From a bacterium (GTDB lineage: Bacteria; Patescibacteriota; Patescibacteriia; JACQRZ01), in assembly GCA_023246095.1 (NCBI GenBank), contig JAHFJA010000003.1, positions 10,782-74,781 on the forward strand: a DNA stretch of 64,000 nt, written 5' to 3'. A model generated the notes under the pieces. The model was not told the DNA's origin and did not search any database. It worked only from the letters and a program-made list of their open reading frames with translations. Position numbers and translations under genes: made by a program. How positions within the stretch are numbered: the stretch's first letter is position 1; each line of letters begins with the position of its first letter. Below are positions 18,032-25,421 of the stretch, in pieces.

Positions 18032-18859
18032 TTGCATTATATGACCCCTACTATTGGTATTATTGGGTACGGTTTTGTCGGGAAAGCGCAGGAATACCTC
18101 TTTAAGACAAAAAACGTGCCGATTCTGTGTTATGACAAATTTATAGAAAGTTCGTCTCTTGAAGACGTCGTGAAGGGATCAGATTATATATTTGTTTGTG
18201 TACCTACTCCTTATAAGGATGAAGCTATTGACCTGACGATCATGGATGAGGTAATCGGTTCTATCGCCTCGCTGGTTTCGGGAAGCGATAAGATTATCAT
18301 TATCAAATCAACCGTCATTCCAGGCACGACCGCGAATTACGCCAAGCAATATCCCGAGTGTCATTTTGCGATGAGCCCGGAGTTTTTAAGAGAGAAACAT
18401 TACGAGGAAGATGTCATGAAACCGGATCGCATCGTCGTCGGGAGTGATGAAGTAGGTATTGCCGCTCGTGTATCGGCACTTTACAAATTTGCACTTCCTG
18501 ATGCTCTTATATTTGAATCGGGTGCAACTGCAGCGGAAATGGTGAAATATATGTCGAACTGCTTTTTGGCGACGAAGATTATTTTTGCCAATGAGATGTT
18601 TGACCTTTGCGAGGTTCTCAAAATTGATTACGATGCGGTGAAAGTAATGGTATCGGCAGACGCGCGCATCGGTGGTTACTTGGATGTAACGGCACTTCGC
18701 GGGTTTGGCGATAAATGTTTCCCAAAGGACATGATCGCGTTACGGGGCTTATTTAAAAAAATGGGAGTTGATGATGAGCTCTTAAAAACGGTATGGGAAA
18801 AGAATCTTCGGATTCGAAAGGTGCGAAATTGGGAAGATATACCGTTTGTAAAATCGTAG
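18032..18859 (+). CDS. UDP-glucose/GDP-mannose dehydrogenase family protein, short form apparently lacking the C-terminal UDP-binding domain
   Basis: Rossmann motif GIIGYGFVG, VCVPTP, NPEFLREG-like SPEFLREKH and catalytic GFGDKCFPKD; only about 272 aa. Confidence 0.6.
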   Translation: MHYMTPTIGIIGYGFVGKAQEYLFKTKNVPILCYDKFIESSSLEDVVKGSDYIFVCVPTPYKDEAIDLTIMDEVIGSIASLVSGSDKIIIIKSTVIPGTTANYAKQYPECHFAMSPEFLREKHYEEDVMKPDRIVVGSDEVGIAARVSALYKFALPDALIFESGATAAEMVKYMSNCFLATKIIFANEMFDLCEVLKIDYDAVKVMVSADARIGGYLDVTALRGFGDKCFPKDMIALRGLFKKMGVDDELLKTVWEKNLRIRKVRNWEDIPFVKS

Positions 18860-18864
18860 ACAAA

Positions 18865-18892
18865 AAATCCGCCACGTCGGCGGATTTTTAAG
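18865..18892. terminator. Bidirectional intrinsic terminator
   Basis: AAAAATCCGCCacgtcGGCGGATTTTT between convergent genes. Confidence 0.7.
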
Positions 18893-18894
18893 CG

Positions 18895-19971
18895 CTATTT
18901 TTTAAGTGTTTTGACATCGACGACGCGGTCATATCGTCGCCCATCGAACATGATCGTCGGTATCTTGATGGTTCTGATTTTTTTCTCAACAATGTCGATG
19001 TTTTTTTTGATTTGTTCGGTGACGGCATCAGAATGAGCGGATGTTTTTAATTCAGCTTGTTCATTCTCGTTATATCCAATACTGCCAAGGAGTCGCAAGA
19101 TAGTATCCTCTGCTTCTTTATCGGTATATATTGTATTGAATTTTACTTGCAACGCAGTTCCGTCGGTATCATTTTCTAAAAGAACTTTTTCAAGGAGTTG
19201 CCAGTCATCGGGGATGCCATTATGGATACCTTTTTTAATTCTCAATGCTTCAAGGTACCTTGTGATAAGGTATGACTGTTTAAATTTGTGTCCGTCTTCA
19301 TAGAGAGTGCTGGGAATAGGGTACGCAATGTAGGTCAGATTATATTTTTGATCAAACCCTGCTTCTTTTATATTTCTCAATAATTGCGCGCAAAAATGAC
19401 AACCGGGATCAATGACTTCCAGCGCGGTCGGTTTTGATTGGTCAAAAGACTGGAGATAGGTGGTGTTTTCGGAAAGGTAATTTTCTGCGCGCCATGTTTT
19501 GATTCGGTCAGGAATCCGAATGATTGTTTTCCCAAACAGGATAAAAGGATCTGATACCCAAGTGCCTAACTTGCCGTTCTGTATTGCGGCGATAAATCCA
19601 ATACTTGATTGGTCGACTCCGCATGATTCGCCTCCCAATGAACATGATTGTACATTACGAGGATTGCAGGTGTCATATACATAGAGATTAAGACCGGCGT
19701 TGAGTACTGAGAGAAGGCTCCAAATCGTTAATATTACAAAGATAGCGGCAATAACGTTGCTCCACTTATTTACAAAGCGAGCAAGAAGAGGACTGCGCTT
19801 CATGATACTTCCTAAGAGTTTCCCCTTTACTTCTTGATCAAAATTGATATCGCACGGACGAAAGGTGATTTTTCGAAAAACACAGTACCATGCTTTCTTG
19901 GCGAGTGGCCGATAGCTCGCGGAAAAAAGTCCTAAGATGGCAAAAATGATAAATGAAGCAATGCAAAACAT
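18895..19971 (-). CDS. Membrane-anchored DsbA-like thioredoxin-fold thiol:disulfide oxidoreductase with a Cys-rich 2-TM N-terminal region
   Basis: C-terminal DsbA-like domain with CxxC (DPGCHFC); N-terminal region has 2 TM helices and paired Cys (CVFRKITFRPC; CNPRNVQSC). Confidence 0.45.
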   Translation of the reverse strand: MFCIASFIIFAILGLFSASYRPLAKKAWYCVFRKITFRPCDINFDQEVKGKLLGSIMKRSPLLARFVNKWSNVIAAIFVILTIWSLLSVLNAGLNLYVYDTCNPRNVQSCSLGGESCGVDQSSIGFIAAIQNGKLGTWVSDPFILFGKTIIRIPDRIKTWRAENYLSENTTYLQSFDQSKPTALEVIDPGCHFCAQLLRNIKEAGFDQKYNLTYIAYPIPSTLYEDGHKFKQSYLITRYLEALRIKKGIHNGIPDDWQLLEKVLLENDTDGTALQVKFNTIYTDKEAEDTILRLLGSIGYNENEQAELKTSAHSDAVTEQIKKNIDIVEKKIRTIKIPTIMFDGRRYDRVVDVKTLKK

Positions 19972-19973
19972 AG

Positions 19974-21188
19974 TTAGCGTAATATAGAAAGAATTGTCTG
20001 TGTGGCCGAAATGATTTTTTCAACGTCGGCATCTGTATTGTGCGCGCCAAACGACATACGTACAAGCGGAGGAAGATTTTTTACGTGTTGCAAAAAGTAG
20101 TGACAGCAAAAATATCCGCTGCGTACCATGATGTCACTCTTGGAATACATGAGGGCAATCGCATGAGAATCAATGTTTTCGGCGTACCATGCAAACGTGG
20201 ATGAAGGAGATGGGTTGAGCATCACGACGCCCGGCATTTCTTTTAGGCCGTCGCGCGTTGCCGTTGCAAGTTTTAACGCCCCTTCATATCGATCTTCTTC
20301 TGATAACCATTTTAATGCGGCAGAAAATCCTGCAATCGCCGCCCAATCCTGAAGGCCAGGCTCAAGGCGTGTGTACAATTGGTTTTCATCTTGGATAAGA
20401 GTATATGAATCTTTCAAAACATCCGACACCATGCTACCTCCTATAAAAAAGGGAGTGCCATTCTTTAATAACGTTTTTTTGATGACGACAAACCCTAGGC
20501 TGGGCCCGTACATTTTGTGGGATGAACCGAATAGACAATCGAAATCCAGATCAGACAATAGTTTCCGTTGGCCGATCATTGCTTGTGCTGCGTCTACACA
20601 GAGTATTCCTCCTTTTTCGTGGATGTCTGATGCTAGTTCTTTTATTTTGGAAAGAGGTCGTCCGTCTATATTGGAAACGCTATTCATAATGACTAACGCT
20701 TTTTCTAACTGTTCGGGTACATATACTACAGATCCATCATCGTTTCGTGAAAGTACTATTCGTTCAAGTCCTAACCTCTGAGCCAGATTTATCGTGGGGA
20801 GCATGACTGAATTGTGTTCTATTTCGGACGTTATTATTTGTTTGTATCCTTTGAGATCAAGAAGATTCAGAACCATGTTCACTCCATAGGTAGTGTTGAC
20901 AGTAAAAGCAACTTCGTATTCGTTCGACGATTTTCCAAGGTAAGCCAACAACTGTTGTCTGGTGCCATCAACTTTCTTGTCTACTTCTTCACCCCATCGG
21001 TATTTTACGCGTCCACCGCAGGCGTTGTATTTTTGGTAATATTCCATTTCGGCATCAACGATGCTTTGCGGACGAAGTGATTGGCAGGCGGAGTCGATAT
21101 AACAATCTTCTGGGCGAAGATAGGCAAAATCTCCTTTTCGCTCTTGTTTCCCTTTTTGGAAGATATTCATATGTATACATGTAACCAA
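19974..21188 (-). CDS. Class V aminotransferase-fold PLP enzyme (cysteine desulfurase-like)
   Basis: PLP-lysine motif FGSSHKMYGP, class V fold length (404 aa). Confidence 0.65.
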   Translation of the reverse strand: MVTCIHMNIFQKGKQERKGDFAYLRPEDCYIDSACQSLRPQSIVDAEMEYYQKYNACGGRVKYRWGEEVDKKVDGTRQQLLAYLGKSSNEYEVAFTVNTTYGVNMVLNLLDLKGYKQIITSEIEHNSVMLPTINLAQRLGLERIVLSRNDDGSVVYVPEQLEKALVIMNSVSNIDGRPLSKIKELASDIHEKGGILCVDAAQAMIGQRKLLSDLDFDCLFGSSHKMYGPSLGFVVIKKTLLKNGTPFFIGGSMVSDVLKDSYTLIQDENQLYTRLEPGLQDWAAIAGFSAALKWLSEEDRYEGALKLATATRDGLKEMPGVVMLNPSPSSTFAWYAENIDSHAIALMYSKSDIMVRSGYFCCHYFLQHVKNLPPLVRMSFGAHNTDADVEKIISATQTILSILR

Positions 21189-21301
21189 GTATTGGGGGTC
21201 TTGACAAGATAGGCGATGTGCGATAGGGTGGTTTCAAGTACATTTATTGTATTTATTGATCACAATAGTAGGCTCTCGTTGGGAGCAATAGGGGAAAGAA
21301 A

Positions 21302-21721
21302 ATGAGCGAAATCTTACAATTTGCTGATCCAAAAGATCAGTGGAAGTACAATGCCGTTATCTCAGGTATTGTAAAGAAATGTTTGGATGAGAAACAGTTA
21401 TATTCTCTCCATTCTTATGAGCTTATACCTGCTCTATTGAAAGGTAAGGAATCACAGCATTATGAGATGCTGAAGAGCATTCCTGGTTTTGATGAGCAGT
21501 TTGAAATAAACAAGAAACAGCTTGCGTTCATTAAAGCAGCCGGTGGTATGACTGAAAAGATGGCAAGCCAGATGCTTGCTATCCATGAGGTTACTGCACC
21601 TGTATATGCAGCGCTGTTATTTTGCAAGACAAAGTTCATTGATCAGACAGAGAAACAAATTTTTTCTCAGTTTGATGCTTTGTTTGCCGAGGTAGCAGTT
21701 TTAATAAAAAAGACTTCCTAA
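21302..21721 (+). CDS. Hypothetical protein (139 aa)
   Basis: ORF followed by a perfect terminator. Confidence 0.4.
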   Translation: MSEILQFADPKDQWKYNAVISGIVKKCLDEKQLYSLHSYELIPALLKGKESQHYEMLKSIPGFDEQFEINKKQLAFIKAAGGMTEKMASQMLAIHEVTAPVYAALLFCKTKFIDQTEKQIFSQFDALFAEVAVLIKKTS

Positions 21722-21740
21722 CTCAGGCAATAATTTTTCA

Positions 21741-21779
21741 AATAGCCTCTTAGATAATTTTTAAGAGGCTATTTTATTA
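21741..21779 (+). terminator. Rho-independent terminator AATAGCCTCTTAgataatttttTAAGAGGCTATT
   Basis: 12 bp perfect stem plus T-run. Confidence 0.75.
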
Positions 21780-21803
21780 CCTATTTTTTTGTATGTTTGG
21801 GGG

Positions 21804-21832
21804 TTGACAATATAGATAATATGTGCTAATAT
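21804..21832 (+). promoter_or_regulatory. Sigma70-like promoter TTGACA-17-TAATAT with extended TGc
   Basis: TTGACA 21804-21809; gtgcTAATAT 21823-21832. Confidence 0.55.
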
Positions 21833-21899
21833 TTGGCCTAAATAAAGGCGAATTAATGAACCTTTATTAAATTATTGTTACGCAAGGAGACGCGAAACA

Positions 21900-22201
21900 T
21901 GCCAAAGAAATTTGTCGTGGAAACGGCAGGTTATATAGACAATTTTAGGAATGCCATCACATCAGATGATCCTTTGCTATTACATATCGCAGGAGCAGAC
22001 ATGGCTTCTATGACAGTATTATTGGGGATTTCAGAAATGAAAAAAGTTGATGTCGGCGTTCCGCAGTTCGAGATCAAAGGAGTTTTACTTGCTTTAACAA
22101 AGGGTTTGGCGTCCAGTGCGGTAAGGATTCCTGTTACAGGGTTTCTGAATTACACTGATCGTACAAAACCCGGCGTTGGAACTCTTAAAGAAAGAGCATA
22201 A
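21900..22201 (+). CDS. Hypothetical protein (100 aa)
   Basis: SD AGGAGA upstream of ATG 21900. Confidence 0.45.
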
Positions 22202-22263
22202 GAATTTTAAAAAAAGGACTCTTAATGATTCAGAGTTCTTTTTTATTTTAGCCAAATAATTAT

Positions 22264-23310
22264 TTAATACTCATTTTCGATGTCTTTATATTTTGATCCA
22301 GTATATGTATCGGCTAGTTTTCTATAACGTTCATAAATTGTTTCATCAGTATTCTCAGTTTGGGCAAAATTATTTTCAATATTGGAGATATTTTGAAAAC
22401 AGAATGGATCACCTCTTTCTTGCATTTTGTAACTGATTTGGAGTGCAAGATCCCTGGGGGAATGCGCTAAAATACTTTCTTTTGTGTATGAAGAAGAAAC
22501 GGTTCCTAGTTCAAGGAGTTTTGTATAAAAACGTGTCGCGAGCGCATCACCTTTTTGGTACGCCTTATCTAAGGCAAGTGCAAGGAAAAATAGGGGCATT
22601 CCTTTGTAGTCCCATTGCCATTCTTTGATTCCGCTCATATCCCCATGGCCGTACATCATCTTTAATTCTTCTGATAGTAATACTGCTTTCCATACTAATT
22701 TTGGGTGAAGTCCTTCTTCTTCGAATGTATAACTACGCCAACTATCAGACTCGTATTGTGTGGGTTGAACTAATTTTTTTTCTAAATCATTTAACGCCTC
22801 AGGGGTTGTAATCAGTTCATCATCCAGCAACAAAACTTCATTTAGGACAAAATCTCGCGTAGAAAAATATTCCGCCAACGATTCAATTCTAACACCATGT
22901 CCGCGCGCATAATCATCCTGCATGTATTTTTTGGCCAGCTCATCTCTAATGGCAGGGGTTGTGTCTGGGTGAGCATCTGTTATCGCAACAATATCGATGT
23001 CTCGAGGGGGCATTACATCATGACCTAGTGCTTGAAGAGCAGCATTACGAGCAACGCCCCCCGAAAACCCATAACCTTTTGGTAGTGTGGCGGGTAATTT
23101 CTCTGTGAAGGGAATATGAACAAGAGAATAGGATTCATTTGTACTGGCTTCTTTGTCAGGACTTGTACGTATTATTTTTTCTACACGAAATCCACCTCCT
23201 CTGTTCTGTAATTTTTTTAATACTTCTTCATTGAGATTCAAAGATGAAGTCGGTTCGATTTCATGGTTATCTTTTTTTACATTTTCTGACACTGCCTTGT
23301 ACTTTTCCAT
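22264..23310 (-). CDS. Hypothetical protein with a Pol-beta-superfamily nucleotidyltransferase-like motif
   Basis: YGFSGGVARNAALQALGHDVMPPRDIDIVAI fits the hG[GS]...[DE]h[DE]h NTase signature; remainder unrecognised. Confidence 0.35.
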   Translation of the reverse strand: MEKYKAVSENVKKDNHEIEPTSSLNLNEEVLKKLQNRGGGFRVEKIIRTSPDKEASTNESYSLVHIPFTEKLPATLPKGYGFSGGVARNAALQALGHDVMPPRDIDIVAITDAHPDTTPAIRDELAKKYMQDDYARGHGVRIESLAEYFSTRDFVLNEVLLLDDELITTPEALNDLEKKLVQPTQYESDSWRSYTFEEEGLHPKLVWKAVLLSEELKMMYGHGDMSGIKEWQWDYKGMPLFFLALALDKAYQKGDALATRFYTKLLELGTVSSSYTKESILAHSPRDLALQISYKMQERGDPFCFQNISNIENNFAQTENTDETIYERYRKLADTYTGSKYKDIENEY

Positions 23311-23386
23311 AGCATCTTCTTTAGAGGTATATCCTTTGCATAAATATTGATATCATCTTTTTCGAGGGAATTATTTGACGGGATAG

Positions 23387-23563
23387 TGTACAGTATTAGC
23401 CGTAGTATTTTCCGACCTTGTAGCCAGCCCAGATACCAAGTATTCCACCGATTGTTGAAAGAAGGATGGAAGAAAAAGAAAAAATACCCGCACCCCACAG
23501 GCTAGGAATCAGACTACCAATCGTTGAACCTATAAAGAGACCTATCCAAATGAATGATTTCAT
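23387..23563 (-). CDS. GlsB/YeaQ/YmgE-family small membrane protein (58 aa)
   Basis: Hand-translated MKSFIWIGLFIGSTIGSLIPSLWGAGIFSFSSILLSTIGGILGIWAGYKVGKYYG, GxxxG-rich 2 TM; not in the ORF track because it is under 60 aa. Confidence 0.5.
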
Positions 23564-23613
23564 AGTAATGCTAGTGTAGCATATATAAAATTTTTTTTTA
23601 AAGTATCATGCTA

Positions 23614-23650
23614 CAAAAAAGCCCTCACTTTCGGGAGGGCTCTATTGGAG
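23614..23650 (-). repeat. Copy A of the tRNA-Gly downstream terminator repeat (CAAAAAAGCCCTC..GAGGGCTCT.TTGGAG)
   Basis: 7 bp perfect hairpin plus A6 (a T-run on the minus strand); also present at 24840 (attached to tRNA-Gly) and 49798. Confidence 0.6.
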
Positions 23651-23788
23651 TTGATTGGTGGACGACATTGAAAGCAATTGGGCGCGAATAGGTATCCCTT
23701 GACTTTTGGTAAAAATAATATAGAGTGGGGACAAACGGCTAGCTCGTTGAGCTCGTTTACAAATTATTGTTATTGGAGGAAACGGATT

Positions 23789-24154
23789 ATGAATGCAGAC
23801 GTCAAAGAGCAGAGAGTGTTTGTATTAGATCAAAGTGAGCTATCAAATAATACATATGCCGTATGGAATGTGATAATTTCGTATACCGTGAGGCTTATGT
23901 CAGATGGTAGCTTAGTCCAGGTTATTTCTTTGGTTCAGAAAGGAATTTCCGGGCGTCTGGAAGGTGAAGATGTTTGGCGTATTGGTCAATCGACAAAAAA
24001 CTACGCAGACCTGCTTAATTTTGATAGAAATGACGCAGCGAAGTTATTTGAGATGTGGTACACATCTAGGGGGAGAAATAAAGCGGCAGTGGCCGAGTGG
24101 CTACACAGCAGGTTTAGTTCCACTAGAAGTATATTTAAAAAATTATTGTTTTAA
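23789..24154 (+). CDS. Hypothetical protein (121 aa)
   Basis: SD GGAGG before ATG 23789. Confidence 0.45.
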   Translation: MNADVKEQRVFVLDQSELSNNTYAVWNVIISYTVRLMSDGSLVQVISLVQKGISGRLEGEDVWRIGQSTKNYADLLNFDRNDAAKLFEMWYTSRGRNKAAVAEWLHSRFSSTRSIFKKLLF

Positions 24155-24165
24155 GGAGGTAAGGG

Positions 24166-24591
24166 ATGAGTGAGGTTATTCAGTATTTTATTGGGGGGCA
24201 GTATTGTGCGGCACATGGTTCCATTGGTGATACTCTAAAGCAAAGTCGTGTTTTAGAGAATTGTATAGATCATTCAATTGAGATCATTCCACCAAACGAT
24301 ATTCAGTCTATAGACAAACTCAGAAAGTGTTTGAAAGACGTGGAAAAGGAATTTTTAGACCTAGACTGTGATAATGCCCCGGCAGACTACGATCATGCAA
24401 AAAGAAATGTTGCTCGACTAAAAATGGGTATTATTACGGAAATCCTTCTGACTGGAAAGGTAAATACAGCTAATTACAAAATACATGCGAGGGAAATAAA
24501 GTTACACCACAACTATACGGATTATCAATATGATTGTGCTTGCAATGAGATTGTAGGTTTATGGGAAGAAGGGGGTAAAGAGGATGAGTAA
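24166..24591 (+). CDS. Hypothetical protein (141 aa)
   Basis: SD AAGGAGG before ATG 24166. Confidence 0.45.
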   Translation: MSEVIQYFIGGQYCAAHGSIGDTLKQSRVLENCIDHSIEIIPPNDIQSIDKLRKCLKDVEKEFLDLDCDNAPADYDHAKRNVARLKMGIITEILLTGKVNTANYKIHAREIKLHHNYTDYQYDCACNEIVGLWEEGGKEDE

Positions 24592-24839
24592 GTTTGAATA
24601 TGGGGATCTTGATATATCTGTATTGGTTAATCTTTCTGAATGCCGAAGCCTTAGTAAATAGTAGACTTTGTATTATTTCTCTTAAACCTAGTGCTAAAGA
24701 TTACGATATAGAACTTGATGGGCCGGAAATGGACGGGTTACATATAGAGTAATTTAAATTGTATGTTTGGGTTTATTTGCGAGGTAGTTAATTACTGCCT
24801 CTTTTTTTATTTTTCCTAATTTCTCATCCCTCTATTATC

Positions 24840-24871
24840 AAAAAAGCCCTCCTTTTTGGGAGAGCTCTCTT
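24840..24871 (-). terminator. Terminator of tRNA-Gly (copy B of the repeat)
   Basis: GAGAGCTCTCCCaaaaaGGAGGGCTTTTTTG on the minus strand immediately 3' of the tRNA. Confidence 0.6.
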
Positions 24872-24946
24872 GGAGCGGGTAACGGGAATCGGACCCGTAT
24901 CTCGACCTTGGCAAGGTCATATAATAACCATTATACGATACCCGCG
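24872..24946 (-). tRNA. tRNA-Gly (anticodon GCC)
   Basis: Hand-folded: acceptor GCGGGTA/TACCCGC, anticodon loop TTGCCAA, T-arm with CGATTCC, CCA encoded. Confidence 0.8.
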
Positions 24947-24948
24947 TA

Positions 24949-25419
24949 CTAGTAGTGGTACGTCTTTTTCCTCATGATGCAAAATGCACGATACAACTGT
25001 TCATGCAACAATACTCTAGCAATCTGGTGGGTAACCGTCAAGGGAGAAAGAGACCATGTAATATCAGCCTTGGAGGTGATCTCATCTGATATCCCTAAGG
25101 GGCCGCCGATTACAAAAGTTAGTGGTGAACCGATATCGACTTTGCTCTCAAGAAGGTGAGAAAATTTTTCAGAGGTATATTCTTTTCCATGAACATCGAG
25201 CGCAACAAGAACACCCTGCTGAGGGATGTGTTTCAGAATGAGGCTTGCTTCTTTTTTTAATACTTCAGGTTTTGCATTCGCGTGAGAAAACGGCACTTCT
25301 TTAATCTCTTTAACCTCAACCGACGCCCATTGAGAAAGGCGTTTAGTATATTCTTTTTCAGCATCTTTCCAATAGCTCTCTTTCAGAGATCCGACCGATA
25401 TAATAGTGATTGAATGCAT
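24949..25419 (-). CDS. rlmH: 23S rRNA (pseudouridine1915-N3)-methyltransferase RlmH (SPOUT)
   Basis: 156 aa; C-terminal VIGGPLGIS...SLSPLTVTHQIARVLLHEQLYRAF typical of RlmH/YbeA. Confidence 0.8.
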   Translation of the reverse strand: MHSITIISVGSLKESYWKDAEKEYTKRLSQWASVEVKEIKEVPFSHANAKPEVLKKEASLILKHIPQQGVLVALDVHGKEYTSEKFSHLLESKVDIGSPLTFVIGGPLGISDEITSKADITWSLSPLTVTHQIARVLLHEQLYRAFCIMRKKTYHY

Positions 25420-25421
25420 AA

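Noticed and set aside
18895-19971. Vitamin-K epoxide reductase (VKOR)-Trx fusion call
   Set aside because: Only two TM helices are predicted in the N-terminal region, whereas VKOR needs 4-5; kept as a DsbA-like protein with a Cys-rich membrane anchor.
23277-23498. 73 aa ORF on the minus strand
   Set aside because: Out of frame with, and overlapping, the better-supported 58 aa GlsB/YeaQ-like gene (23387-23563), which has a typical Gly-zipper membrane sequence.
23651-23790. A second, degraded tRNA-Gly next to repeat copy A
   Set aside because: The reverse complement lacks a T-loop (TTCGA) and an acceptor/anticodon fold; only the TTGGAG junction is retained.
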